From Marmoricola sp. (lineage in GTDB: Bacteria; Actinomycetota; Actinomycetes; Propionibacteriales; Nocardioidaceae), in NCBI GenBank assembly GCA_035700665.1, contig DASSOK010000042.1:6115-70114 (forward strand): 64,000 nucleotides of DNA. The letters are read 5' to 3'. A program made the position numbers and the translations under genes. Below the pieces are notes generated by a model. It did no database searches and was not told the origin of the DNA. It worked only from the letters and a program-made list of their open reading frames with translations. Shown here in pieces: positions 1-10,952 of this stretch (within the stretch, counting starts at the first letter, position 1; each line of letters starts with the position of its first letter).

Positions 1-1037
1 AGCCACCCGTCGTCGTAGTAGGTGTGTGCGTAGCGCTCGCCGCCGTCGCACAGCAGGGTCACCACGGACCCCGTCTCGCCGCGGGCTCGCATCGCAGCCA
101 CCAGCCGAAGGGCGCCCCACATCGCCGTGCCGGTCGAGCCGCCGACCTTGCGGCCGGTGACGTCGGAGGTCCAGCGCATCGCCGCGATCGACGCGGCATC
201 CGGCACGGAGACCATGCAGTCGACGACCGACGGCAGGAACGACGGCTCGACGCGTGGCCGGCCGATGCCCTCGATCCGCGACGCCTTCCCCGTGGAGTAC
301 GACGGGTCGGTGCGGGTCCAGCCCTCGAAGAACGCCGAGTTCTCCGGGTCGACGACGCAGAGCCGGGTGTCGTGGCGTTGGTAGCGCAGGTAGCGCCCGA
401 TCGTGGCCGAGGTCCCGCCGGTGCCGGCGCCCACCACGATCCAGGCGGGCACGGGGTGCCGCTCGAGCTCGAGCTGGCTGAAGATGGACTCGGCGATGTT
501 GTTGTTGCCGCGCCAGTCGGTGGCCCGCTCGGCGTAGGTGAACTGGTCGAGGTAGTGGCCGCCGGTCTCCTCGGCGAGCCGGCGCGCCTCGTCGTAGATT
601 GTCGACGGGTCCTCGACCAGGTGGCAGCGGCCACCCTGGAACTCGATGAGCGCGATCTTCTCCGTCGACGTCGAGGACGGCATCACGGCCACGAACGGCA
701 ACCCGAGCAGCCGGGCGAAGTAGGCCTCGGAGACGGCGGTGCTCCCGGAGGAGGCCTCGATGATGGTCGACGACTGGTGGATCCAGCCGTTGCAGAGCCC
801 GTAGAGGAACAGCGAGCGCGCCAACCGGTGCTTCAGGGAGCCGGTCGGATGCACCGACTCGTCCTTGAGGTAGAGGTCGATCCCCCACTCCGGCGGCAAC
901 GGGAAGACGTGCAGGTGGGTGTCGGCCGACCTGTTGGCGTCCGCCTCCACCAGGCGGATCGCCTCGTGCACCCAGGCCCGGTCGCCGTCGTCGCGGACCG
1001 CCGCCGTCCGGCAACAGCCATCGCGTTCCTCGTGCAT
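1..1037 (-). CDS. cds1: PLP-dependent cysteine synthase-family protein, Cds1-type L-cysteine desulfhydrase (3' end runs off window)
   Basis: Not in the ORF track (no stop in window). Manual translation from ATG at 1037: MHEERDG...[56 protein letters not shown]...[15 protein letters not shown]...[17 protein letters not shown]. The PLP-lysine motif TGSLKHR is typical of Cds1; GGGAGG RBS upstream. Confidence 0.85.
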   Translation of the reverse strand, partial: MHEERDGCCRTAAVRDDGDRAWVHEAIRLVEADANRSADTHLHVFPLPPEWGIDLYLKDESVHPTGSLKHRLARSLFLYGLCNGWIHQSSTIIEASSGSTAVSEAYFARLLGLPFVAVMPSSTSTEKIALIEFQGGRCHLVEDPSTIYDEARRLAEETGGHYLDQFTYAERATDWRGNNNIAESIFSQLELERHPVPAWIVVGAGTGGTSATIGRYLRYQRHDTRLCVVDPENSAFFEGWTRTDPSYSTGKASRIEGIGRPRVEPSFLPSVVDCMVSVPDAASIAAMRWTSDVTGRKVGGSTGTAMWGALRLVAAMRARGETGSVVTLLCDGGERYAHTYYDDGW

Positions 1038-1068
1038 CTCGCCTCCCACACGCACCGCCGGCCGGCTC

Positions 1069-1335
1069 CTAGTCGACGTCTTCCTTCGAGCGGGCTCGCT
1101 CCACGGCGGCGCTGGCCCGCTCGGCACGACGCTGCACCGACTGGGCAAGCCGCTCGCGCGGCCCCTCGAGGAGCTTGAGGGACAGCACCGAGGACAGCAC
1201 CGCCGCACCCACGATCGTCCAGATCCAGACGGTCGAGGTGTTGTCGAAGACGTTCACCGCGATCGTCGAGACGACCGCGAAGCAGGCCACGAACAGCGCG
1301 ATCCGCAGCGTGGTGTAGACGAGGAAGTGCTTCAC
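1069..1335 (-). CDS. DUF4229-like small membrane protein
   Basis: [15 protein letters not shown]..., two TM segments and a basic C-terminus ending EDVD. GTG lies 6 nt after a TACCCT -10 (leaderless). Confidence 0.7.
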   Translation of the reverse strand: MKHFLVYTTLRIALFVACFAVVSTIAVNVFDNTSTVWIWTIVGAAVLSSVLSLKLLEGPRERLAQSVQRRAERASAAVERARSKEDVD

Positions 1336-1408
1336 CAGCACAGGGTATCCGCCGGTCCGTCGCCGAGATGCCGCGCCAACTTTCGGCACGGCGTCCTAGT
1401 CTGGAACG

Positions 1409-1726
1409 GTGCTCCGGTTCATCGTCTGGATCCTGCTGCTTGCGGCAGTCGTCTACGCCCTGTTCTGGATCATGGATCGTCGTACCCGCGGTGGGTCCGG
1501 ACGCGGCGGCGGCTTCGGCGGCGGCTCCCGGCCGGTCCGTCCGCCGGCACCCAAGGGACCGGACGACGACGAGGACTTCCTGCGCGACCTCGACTGGCAA
1601 CGTCGCCGCAACGCCCGGCGCAAGCCGTCGGGAGACCAGCCGGCGACCGACCCCGATCCCGACCCCGCCTCGGACGAGCACGACCAATCCGGGGCGGACG
1701 ACAGCGCCGAACCACCGCACAAATGA
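1409..1726 (+). CDS. Small single-TM membrane protein with GPDDDEDFLR motif
   Basis: N-terminal hydrophobic helix, Gly-rich linker and PKGPDDDEDFLRDL, a motif typical of actinobacterial PLDc_N-associated proteins. TAGTCT -10 lies 6 nt before the GTG. Confidence 0.65.
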   Translation: MLRFIVWILLLAAVVYALFWIMDRRTRGGSGRGGGFGGGSRPVRPPAPKGPDDDEDFLRDLDWQRRRNARRKPSGDQPATDPDPDPASDEHDQSGADDSAEPPHK

Positions 1727-1776
1727 CCGCCGGGCGGCGCACCCGCGTGCTCCCCTCCCCACCCAGAAGGAAATCC

Positions 1777-2271
1777 ATGGCCTCCAGTGAGCAGACCCTG
1801 TCCGACTTCTCCGCCACCACCATCGACGGCCGCGACCAGTCGCTGTCGGAGTACGACGGCAAGGTGGCGCTCGTGGTTAACACCGCCTCGAAGTGCGGCT
1901 TCACCCCTCAGTACGAGGGCCTGGAGGCGCTCTACGAGAAGTACGCCGACGAGGGGCTGGTCGTGCTCGGCTTCCCCTGCAACCAGTTCGGCGCCCAGGA
2001 GCCCGGCAGCGAGGACGAGATCAGCGGCTTCTGCGAGAAGAACTACGGCGTGACGTTCCCGATGTTCGCCAAGGTCGATGTCAACGGCCCGGACGCGCAC
2101 CCGCTCTACGACTGGCTGCGCAGCGAGCAGGGTGGACTGCTCGGGGAGAAGATCAAGTGGAACTTCACCAAGTTCCTGATCGGTCGGGACGGCAAGGTCG
2201 TCAAGCGCTACGCCCCCACGACGGCTCCGGAGAAGCTCACCGGCGACATCGAGAAGGCGCTCGGCTCCTAG
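1777..2271 (+). CDS. Glutathione peroxidase family (Cys-type)
   Basis: NTASKCGFTPQY, LGFPCNQFG and KWNFTKFL motifs; AGAAGG RBS before ATG 1777. Confidence 0.95.
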   Translation: MASSEQTLSDFSATTIDGRDQSLSEYDGKVALVVNTASKCGFTPQYEGLEALYEKYADEGLVVLGFPCNQFGAQEPGSEDEISGFCEKNYGVTFPMFAKVDVNGPDAHPLYDWLRSEQGGLLGEKIKWNFTKFLIGRDGKVVKRYAPTTAPEKLTGDIEKALGS

Positions 2272-3260
2272 CCCCCGAGCGTGCGCGCGACCAGCTCCGC
2301 TGCATAGGAGTGCTGGCTGCCGGACCCGAAGAAGAAGTTGATCCCGACGAAGTTGAACCACAGCGTCGCGAGCCCGACCAGGGCGATCACCGCGGCCTGA
2401 CGACCCTTCCACCCGGCGGTGGCGCGGGCGTGCAGGTAGGCGGCGTAGACGACCCAGGTGATGAACGCCCAGATCTCCTTGGGGTCCCAGCCCCAGTAGC
2501 GACCCCAGGCGTGCTGCGCCCAGATCGGCCCGGCGATCAGCGCTGCGAACGTCCACAGGGGGAAGGCGAACGCGTGCGTGCGGTAGGCGAGCCGGTCGAG
2601 CTGCTCGAGGCCGGGGACCCGGGCGAGGTAGCCCGCCGGACGGTCGGCCGCGACATCGCGGCGCTCGAGCCAGCGCGCCTTCACGAGGTAGAGCACCGAG
2701 CACATCCCGCCGAGGGTGAAGGCGCCGGTCGCGATGATCGCCGCGATCACGTGGATCACCAGCCACGGCGACTGCAGCGCGTCGCGCAGCGGCACGACGG
2801 GCGTGTAGAGCAGCAGCACGTCGACCATCAGGGTGACCAGCACGAACCCGGTCACGATCGGGGAGAGCCAGCTCGCCTCGAGGCGGCGCTGCAGGAACAG
2901 GTAGCCGATCACCACCACGAGCGTCGCGGTCAGGGTGAACTCGTACATGTTGCCCCAAGGCACCCGCACGGGGTCCGCCGCGAGGCCGCGGGCGACCACG
3001 GCCACGAGGTGCACGCCGGCCGCGACCACGGTGGCGACGTACCCCCAGCGCGCCATCTGCGCGGTCCTGCCGGTTGCGTCCGCGGCTTGGTGCGCGGCGT
3101 CGACCAGCGGTTCGCCATCCGGTCCGACGGCGACTCGGGCCGGGGCGACGGAGCGCGCGAACGCCCACTCCGCCACGTGGAGCATGACGGCGACGAAGTA
3201 GAACACCGCGCAGACGGCGACGGCCTGGTTGCTGAGCACCTCGAACTGGTCGTGACTCAT
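2268..3260 (-). CDS. ccsB: Cytochrome c biogenesis protein CcsB/ResC
   Basis: PWGNMYEF, WLVIHV and the WWD-domain motif WGRYWGWDPKEIW. Confidence 0.95.
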   Translation of the reverse strand: MSHDQFEVLSNQAVAVCAVFYFVAVMLHVAEWAFARSVAPARVAVGPDGEPLVDAAHQAADATGRTAQMARWGYVATVVAAGVHLVAVVARGLAADPVRVPWGNMYEFTLTATLVVVIGYLFLQRRLEASWLSPIVTGFVLVTLMVDVLLLYTPVVPLRDALQSPWLVIHVIAAIIATGAFTLGGMCSVLYLVKARWLERRDVAADRPAGYLARVPGLEQLDRLAYRTHAFAFPLWTFAALIAGPIWAQHAWGRYWGWDPKEIWAFITWVVYAAYLHARATAGWKGRQAAVIALVGLATLWFNFVGINFFFGSGSQHSYAAELVARTLGG

Positions 3261-4858
3261 GGTTCTTCTCTCCCGGCGCCCTTGATCTGCGCCGCCATCG
3301 TGTCGATCCGGGTGCTGAGGTCCCCGCCCGAGGACCGGTCGAGGCCGGCCACCTCCACGAGGGTACGTCCCGGCCCGCCGGCGTCCCCGTCAGTACGACG
3401 GACGCGGACCCACACCCGCCGGGGCCGGATGAACAGTGACCCGAGGAGGCCCAGCAGCGCGAGGCTCACGCCGAGCAGGGCCAGCCAGTCCGCGGGCGTC
3501 CGGCTGATCTGCAGCTTCACGAAGGGGCTGATCCCGTCGAAGGTGACCGAGCCGAGCCCGTCGGGCAACCGTTGCGTCGCGCCGAGCGGGAGGTCGAGGC
3601 GCACCGGCTTGCCGTCGTCGTTCTTCAGCTGCGTGAGCCCGCTCTTGTCGAGGTCGTACACCGACTGCGGCACGCCGTCGTCGAGGCCGAGATCACCGCG
3701 CCACGCGGTCATCGAGATCAGCGGGTCCTTGTCGTCGGGGAAGGCGCTGAACGGGCCGGTCCTCATCGTGAAGCCGTAGGTCGGGTAGAGCTCGCCCTCG
3801 AGGCCGAGCTGGAGCGGCTGCCCCGAGCGGGTCCGGGCATCGGGCACCTTGACCACGCCGAAGGACCGGAACGTCGCGTCCTCGGGGAGGAACACCACCG
3901 GGCCGGAGAAGGCGACGTGGCCGGCGCCGTCGCGCACGGTGATGTGCGGCGCGTAGCCGTGGCTGATGAGGTAGACCTTGGTGCCGTCGACCTCGAGCGG
4001 GTGGTTCACCGCGATCTGCTGGCGCTGCGGCTCGCCGTCGAGGCCGCGACGGTAGGTCAGGTCGGCGGTGAACTCGTGCGCCATCCCGGCCTCGCGGCCC
4101 TCGGTGATGAAGGTGACGTCGAAGTCGTCGACGGTGAAGGAGAACGGCTCGAGCGACTTCTCGTCGAACAGCTTGCCGGCCACGAAGTCGTCGTACTGGC
4201 TCAGCGTGTTGGCGAAGCCGTTGCCCTTCACCACGATCACACCGCCCTTGAAGCCGAGCAGCGACCCGAGCGCGAAGCCGACCAGGACCACGATCACCGA
4301 GACGTGGAACAGCAGGTTGCCTGCCTCACGCAGGTAGCCGCGCTCCGCGGACAGCGTGCCCGGCTCGTGCGAGACCGCGCGGTAACCGGGAAGCGCACCG
4401 CGCGCCCGTTCCAGCACGGTCTCCGGCGCCTCGTCGGTGGCGAAGGAGCGGTGCTCGGGCAGCCGCTCCAGGTTGCGCGGTGCCCGGGGCGGTGCAGCGC
4501 GCAGCGCGTCGAGGTAGACCTTGCAACGGGGGACGATGCAGCCCACCAGCGACAGCATCAGCAGGAGGTAGATCGCCGAGAACCACACCGACCCGTAGAC
4601 GTCGAACAGCCCTAGCCGGTCGTAGACCGGGGCGAGGTCGGGATGCTGCTCGCGCCACTGGGAGGCGGCGAACGCATCCACGCCGTCCTGCGGAACCACG
4701 GAGCCGGGCACGGAGGCCAGCGCAAGGAGGAAGAGCAGCACCAGGGCGGTGCGCATGGAGGTGAACTGGCGCCAGGCCCATCGGCCGAACTCGCGAGGCG
4801 CCAGCGGCATCGCGTCGGGCTGCCGCTGCTCACGTTCCTGCTGCGTGGTGGTGCTCAT
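3257..4858 (-). CDS. resB: Cytochrome c biogenesis protein ResB/Ccs1
   Basis: TSMRTALVLLFLLALASVPGSVVPQ, GNLLFH and VNHPL motifs; operon context. Confidence 0.92.
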   Translation of the reverse strand: MSTTTQQEREQRQPDAMPLAPREFGRWAWRQFTSMRTALVLLFLLALASVPGSVVPQDGVDAFAASQWREQHPDLAPVYDRLGLFDVYGSVWFSAIYLLLMLSLVGCIVPRCKVYLDALRAAPPRAPRNLERLPEHRSFATDEAPETVLERARGALPGYRAVSHEPGTLSAERGYLREAGNLLFHVSVIVVLVGFALGSLLGFKGGVIVVKGNGFANTLSQYDDFVAGKLFDEKSLEPFSFTVDDFDVTFITEGREAGMAHEFTADLTYRRGLDGEPQRQQIAVNHPLEVDGTKVYLISHGYAPHITVRDGAGHVAFSGPVVFLPEDATFRSFGVVKVPDARTRSGQPLQLGLEGELYPTYGFTMRTGPFSAFPDDKDPLISMTAWRGDLGLDDGVPQSVYDLDKSGLTQLKNDDGKPVRLDLPLGATQRLPDGLGSVTFDGISPFVKLQISRTPADWLALLGVSLALLGLLGSLFIRPRRVWVRVRRTDGDAGGPGRTLVEVAGLDRSSGGDLSTRIDTMAAQIKGAGREEP

Positions 4859-4859
4859 G

Positions 4860-5645
4860 TCACACGCCTGCGGTGAAGTCGGGGAAGAACCAGGCGCGGA
4901 TGTCGTCGACGAGGGCGTCCCACCAGCCGGTGACGAGCAGGAGACCGACGAGCACGAGCATCAGGCCGCCGGCACGGGTGACCCAGGCCTGGTGGCGCCG
5001 CACCCAACCGATCGCCCCGAGCATCCGCCGGTAGGCGAGCGCCGCCACGATGAACGGCACCCCCAGGCCCAGGCAGTAGGCCAGGCCCAGCAGGGCGCCT
5101 CGTCCGGCGGACGCCTCGTTGGTGGACAGGCTGAACACCGCGGACAGGGTCGGGCCGATGCACGGCGTCCAGCCGAGCCCGAAGAGCACGCCGAGCAGCG
5201 GCGCGGCGGCGAGCCCGACGGCCGGCACCCGGTGCACCCGCCAGTCGCGCTGCAGCCAGGGCACCAGGCCGAGGAACGCCAGCCCCAGGAGGATCACCAG
5301 CACGCCCAGCCCCAGCGTGAGTTGGCGCTGGTAGGCGAACAGCCAGTCCCCCACCGCGCCGAAGAGGGCGCCGAAGGAGACGAAGACGAACGAGAAACCG
5401 AGGATGAACAACATCGAGCCGGCGAGCATCCGGCCCCTGCTGCCCCGGCCGCCGGTGTCCTGCAGGTCGGCCCCGGAGAGGCCGGTCGTGTAGGCGAGGT
5501 AGCCGGGCAGCAGCGGCACCACGCACGGGGAGAAGAACGAGACCAGGCCGGCGACCAGCGCCACCGGCACCGCGAGCAGCAGGGTGCCGTCGAGGGCGGT
5601 GTCGCGGAACCAGTCACCGAGGGCGAGAACGGCGAGCCCGGTCAC
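4860..5645 (-). CDS. ccdA: Cytochrome c biogenesis CcdA (DsbD transmembrane domain)
   Basis: SFFSPCVVPLLPGY and GWTPCIGPTL Cys-Pro motifs. Confidence 0.93.
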   Translation of the reverse strand: MTGLAVLALGDWFRDTALDGTLLLAVPVALVAGLVSFFSPCVVPLLPGYLAYTTGLSGADLQDTGGRGSRGRMLAGSMLFILGFSFVFVSFGALFGAVGDWLFAYQRQLTLGLGVLVILLGLAFLGLVPWLQRDWRVHRVPAVGLAAAPLLGVLFGLGWTPCIGPTLSAVFSLSTNEASAGRGALLGLAYCLGLGVPFIVAALAYRRMLGAIGWVRRHQAWVTRAGGLMLVLVGLLLVTGWWDALVDDIRAWFFPDFTAGV

Positions 5646-6235
5646 GACGACCCCGTCCTGCCCCGGCGCACGTCTTCCACCAGGTCCACCAGCGTGCGGG
5701 CGCTGGTCAGCTCCCCGAGGATGCTCGCCGCGACCCGGCCCTGCTCGTCGATGACCACCGTGCTCGGGATCGAGTTGGGTCGCAGGGTGCCGCGGAAGGC
5801 CAACAGGGTGCGGCCGGACGGGTCGTAGAGCGAGGGGTAGGGCACGTCATGGGTGCGCTGGAAGGACAGCGCGTTGTCGCGGCTGCTGTCGCGGGTGTTG
5901 ATCCCGACGAAGGCGACGTCCTGCCGGGCCAGCTCCCGGGCGGCCGTGGCGAGGTCATCCGCCTCGGCGCGGCACGGCGGGCACCAGGCGCCCCAGACGT
6001 TCACGACGACCACCTGACCGTCGTACGACGCCAGGGACAGCCGGTCGCCCTCCAGCGTCTCGCCGGCCACCTCGCCGGGGGGCCTGCGCTCGTCCTCGGG
6101 AAGCACCGTGATGACGCCGTTGCCGGAGACGTAGCCCTTGCTGCCCGCGGAGTCCAGGTCGTTGCCGCAGCCGGCAAGGACGGCGACGCAACCGAGGGCA
6201 CACAGGAGGGCGGCCAGGGCCCGGGAACGCGTCAT
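5642..6235 (-). CDS. TlpA/ResA-like thiol-disulfide oxidoreductase lipoprotein
   Basis: Lipobox LAGC, WGAWCPPC active site, cis-Pro IPST. Confidence 0.9.
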   Translation of the reverse strand: MTRSRALAALLCALGCVAVLAGCGNDLDSAGSKGYVSGNGVITVLPEDERRPPGEVAGETLEGDRLSLASYDGQVVVVNVWGAWCPPCRAEADDLATAARELARQDVAFVGINTRDSSRDNALSFQRTHDVPYPSLYDPSGRTLLAFRGTLRPNSIPSTVVIDEQGRVAASILGELTSARTLVDLVEDVRRGRTGSS

Positions 6236-6953
6236 GCCGACCGGTCTGCTCCTCGGCTGGTGGCGACGACGCCCTGCACCGGCTCGTCGGTGAACCCGCT
6301 GCCGGCCGAGAAGGTCGCGCGCTTGTCCGCCTCCGGGATCAGGTCACCGGCGGGCTCGGAGTAGTCGATGCCGGTGAGCCGGTCGCCGGCGAAGGTGAAC
6401 GAGGTCAGCGAGCACAGCGTGCACTCCCGCTGCCGCGGGTCGTGCAGGAACGGCCTGCCCTCGGCGTAGAGCCGGGTGACCCAGATCGGCAGCTGGTGGG
6501 ACACGATCACGCCCTCGTGCCCGTCAGCGGCCTTGCGGACGTCCTGCACGGCCGACCACATCCGCGCGGCCACGTCGACGTAGGGCTCCCCCCACGACGG
6601 CCGGAACGGGTTGAGGAGGTGCGGCCACATGGCCGGGTTCTTCAGGATGCTGTCCTCGAGGGAGAACCGCTTGCCCTCGAAGAGGTTCGTCGACTCGATC
6701 ACCCGCTGGTCCAGGGTGATGTCGAGCCCCCGCGCAGCGGCCAGCGGCGCTGCGGTCTGCTGGGCGCGCTCGAGGGGCGAGGACACGATGTGGGTGATGT
6801 CCCGGTCGCCGATCCGCTCCGCGACCCGCTCGGCCATGGCGACGCCGCGGTCGGAGAGGAAGAAGCCGGTCGAGCGGCCGTAGAGGATGCCCTCGGGGTT
6901 GTAGACCTCACCGTGCCGGAGCAGGTGAACCGTCGTGCGGGAGCTGGCTGGGC

Positions 6954-6957
<4 letters not shown>
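6232..6957 (-). CDS. Histidine phosphatase (phosphoglycerate mutase-like)
   Basis: [17 protein letters not shown] and VSHQLPI motifs; ATG at 6957 overlaps the hemL stop. Confidence 0.9.
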
Positions 6958-8276
<1,319 letters not shown>

Positions 8277-8470
8277 GGGCGCATTCTCCCCGACGGCCGC
8301 AACCGGCGCCCACCCGCGTCCAGCGGTGCAGCCGCGTGCCGGCCTGAGATTTGGGTAATGAATTCATCCGGACGGGACCTGGCACCTCGTATCGGCGTCA
8401 TGCCCGTCCGGTGGACACGTCCTGCTGATGAGCGGTGCGCTCGGGGTCGGGTTCCGGATCCCGTCTGGAA

Positions 8471-8498
8471 ATTTCGGGCGGAATATTTCGGGCGGAAT
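8471..8498. repeat. Perfect 14-bp tandem direct repeat ATTTCGGGCGGAAT x2
   Basis: Read directly in the hemL / lytic transglycosylase divergent intergenic region. Confidence 0.9.
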
Positions 8499-8505
8499 TG
8501 GGACC

Positions 8506-8533
8506 CGTGACCTCCACCGGACATACTCGTTGG
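8506..8533 (+). promoter_or_regulatory. Putative BldN-type ECF promoter CGTGAC-N16-CGTTGG
   Basis: Matches the recalled Streptomyces sigma-BldN consensus CGTAAC-N16-CGTTGA at 10 of 12 positions; lies about 60 nt before the transglycosylase ATG. Confidence 0.5.
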
Positions 8534-8591
8534 TAAGCGTGTCGCTCGGGAAGAGGGACCCGGCGCCAGCACGTAGGGAGTAATCAGGGAC

Positions 8592-9911
8592 ATGGCAGGC
8601 AAGGCACTCACGCGCAAGAGCAAGGCGGCGACGCTCGTCCCGCTCGCGGCGCTGTCCGCAGTCTGGACCGCGAGCATCGTGACCGTCGGCACCAGCGCGA
8701 CCGCCGCGAAGCCGGCGAGCGACCACAACCTCCCCGACGGCACCACGGTGCCGGCGCAGGCCATCCAGGCCCCGGCGAGCGTGCCGGTGCCCGGCGCGAT
8801 CGCGCCCGCCGTCCCGGACGGCGCCACCGACCAGGTCGTCGCGTCGGCCTCCACCAGCGGCATCCCGGCGCCGGCCCTGGCCGCCTACCAGCGCGGCGCC
8901 CAGATCATGGACTCCGCCGACGCGTCCTGCCACATCCCCTGGGAGCTGATCGCGGCGATCGGCCGGGTGGAGTCCGACCACGGCCGCTACGGCGGCAACA
9001 CGCTGACCGCCGAGGGCGTCGCCGAGCCCGGCATCTACGGCCCCCAGCTCAACGGCAAGAACGGCACCCAGGCGATCGACGACACCGACGGCGGCGAGCT
9101 GGACAACGACCCAGTCTTCGACCGCGCGGTCGGCCCGATGCAGTTCATCCCGTCCACGTGGTCGGTGGTGAAGGTCGACGCCGACGGTGACACCAAGCGC
9201 AACCCGCAGGACATCGACGACGCGGCGCTCGCCACCGGCGTCTACCTGTGCTCCGGCACGGAGAACCTCGGCACCCGTCAGGGCCAGGAGACCGCGGTCT
9301 ACCGCTACAACCACTCGCACAGCTACGTGAACCTCGTGCTGCGGATCATGGAGGCCTACAGCCAGGGCGAGTACACCGCGATCCCGTCCGGCACCTACGG
9401 CGGCACGCTCTTCACGCCCAGCTACACCGCTGCGATCGACAACCAGCAGCGTGCGAACACCGTGGCCGGCGAGCGTCCGGGCGCCCAGGCCCCGCGCGGC
9501 GGGAGCGGCGGCTCCGGCGGCAGCGGCTCCACCCCGGGTGGCGACAACGGCGGTACGCCGGGCACCGGCGGCGACGACGGCACCGACAGCGGCCTTCCCG
9601 GCACGCCGGGCACGGAGGACCCGGGCACCCCGGACAACCCGGTGACCAAGCCGCTGACCGACGCGCTCGACGACGTGACCACCACCGTCACCGAGGCCGC
9701 CAGCCCGGTCGCCAAGCCGGTGGTCGACGTGCTGACCGCGACCGAGGCGCTGAACCTGTGCAGCAGCCAGTTCGCGGCCATCCCGGACCCGTTGGGCCTG
9801 CTCAAGCCGCTGAAGGACAACTGTGCCGCGAAGGTCGAGGGCAAGACCGAGGCCGACGCGCTGGCGCTGATCCCGAACACCCTCGACGGGATCCTGGCCT
9901 GGCTCACCTGA
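8592..9911 (+). CDS. Secreted lytic transglycosylase (SLT/MltB-like) with Gly/Thr/Pro-rich C-terminal region
   Basis: Signal-peptide-like N-terminus; AAIGRVESDHG (catalytic Glu), AVGPMQFIPSTW and YNHSHSYV motifs. Confidence 0.88.
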   Translation: MAGKALTRKSKAATLVPLAALSAVWTASIVTVGTSATAAKPASDHNLPDGTTVPAQAIQAPASVPVPGAIAPAVPDGATDQVVASASTSGIPAPALAAYQRGAQIMDSADASCHIPWELIAAIGRVESDHGRYGGNTLTAEGVAEPGIYGPQLNGKNGTQAIDDTDGGELDNDPVFDRAVGPMQFIPSTWSVVKVDADGDTKRNPQDIDDAALATGVYLCSGTENLGTRQGQETAVYRYNHSHSYVNLVLRIMEAYSQGEYTAIPSGTYGGTLFTPSYTAAIDNQQRANTVAGERPGAQAPRGGSGGSGGSGSTPGGDNGGTPGTGGDDGTDSGLPGTPGTEDPGTPDNPVTKPLTDALDDVTTTVTEAASPVAKPVVDVLTATEALNLCSSQFAAIPDPLGLLKPLKDNCAAKVEGKTEADALALIPNTLDGILAWLT

Positions 9912-9920
9912 CCCAAACAC

Positions 9921-9954
9921 ACGAACGCCCCGGTCGGCCGACCGGGGCGTTCGT
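9921..9954. terminator. Perfect 34-bp palindrome, probable bidirectional terminator
   Basis: ACGAACGCCCCGGTCGG|CCGACCGGGGCGTTCGT between the convergent transglycosylase and hemB genes. Confidence 0.75.
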
Positions 9955-9974
9955 CGTTCCGGGCGAGGGGTGGT

Positions 9975-10952
9975 TCAGGCCCGCAGCATCCGCGCGGCGT
10001 CCAGCGCCCAGTAGGTGAGGACCACGTCGGCGCCGGCACGGCGGATCGAGACGAGCGTCTCGAGCACGGCGGCGTCCCGGTCGATCCAGCCGTTGGCGGC
10101 GGCGGCCTCGACCATGGAGTACTCACCGGAGATGTTGTAGGCCGCCACCGGCACGTCGACGGCCTCGGCGACGGCGCGGACCACGTCGAGGTAGCCCAGG
10201 GCCGGCTTGACCATCACCAGGTCGGCGCCCTCCTCGACGTCGAGCAGGGCCTCGCGGACGCCCTCACGGCGGTTGGCGGGGTTCTGCTGGTAGGTGCGGC
10301 GGTCGCCTTCCAGGGCGGAGTCGACGGCCTCGCGGAACGGGCCGTAGAACGCCGAGGCGTACTTCGCCGAGTAGGCCAGGATGCCGACCCGCTTGTGCTC
10401 CTCGGCATCGAGCGCCTCGCGGATCATCCCGACCTGCCCGTCCATCATCCCGCTGGGCGCGACGAGGTCCACCCCGGCCGCGGCCTGGGCGACCGCCATC
10501 TCGGCGTAGACCTGCAGGGTGCGGTCGTTGTCGACGTTGCCGTCCGGGTCGAGCACGCCGCAGTGGCCATGGTCGGTGAACTCGTCCAGGCACAGGTCGG
10601 ACATCACCGTCAGCTGGTCACCCGCCTCGCCCACCACGTCGGTGATCGCGAGGTTCAGGATGCCGTCGGCGTCGACCGCCCCGGTCCCGGTCGCGTCCTT
10701 GTGCTCCGGGATGCCGAAGAGCATCACCCCACCGATCCCGGCCTGCAACGCGTCCTGGACCGCCTGCTTGAGGGTGTCACGGGTGTGCTGAACGACCCCG
10801 GGCATCGACGAGATCAGCACCGGCTCGCTGATGCCCTCGCGGACGAACAGCGGCAGCACCAGCTGGCGCGGCGCCAGCTCGGTCTCCGCGACGAGCCGGC
10901 GCAGCGCCGGAGTACGACGCAGGCGCCGGGGACGGTGCGTCGGGAAGCTCAC
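9975..10952 (-). CDS. hemB: Porphobilinogen synthase
   Basis: RPRRLR, DLCLDEFTDHGHCG (Zn site), APSGMMDG, SAKYASAFYGPFREA, MVKPA. The GTG start overlaps the upstream stop. Confidence 0.97.
   Translation of the reverse strand: MSFPTHRPRRLRRTPALRRLVAETELAPRQLVLPLFVREGISEPVLISSMPGVVQHTRDTLKQAVQDALQAGIGGVMLFGIPEHKDATGTGAVDADGILNLAITDVVGEAGDQLTVMSDLCLDEFTDHGHCGVLDPDGNVDNDRTLQVYAEMAVAQAAAGVDLVAPSGMMDGQVGMIREALDAEEHKRVGILAYSAKYASAFYGPFREAVDSALEGDRRTYQQNPANRREGVREALLDVEEGADLVMVKPALGYLDVVRAVAEAVDVPVAAYNISGEYSMVEAAAANGWIDRDAAVLETLVSIRRAGADVVLTYWALDAARMLRA

Noticed and set aside
1777-2271. Selenocysteine-type glutathione peroxidase
   Set aside because: The active-site codon is TGC (Cys); there is no in-frame TGA.
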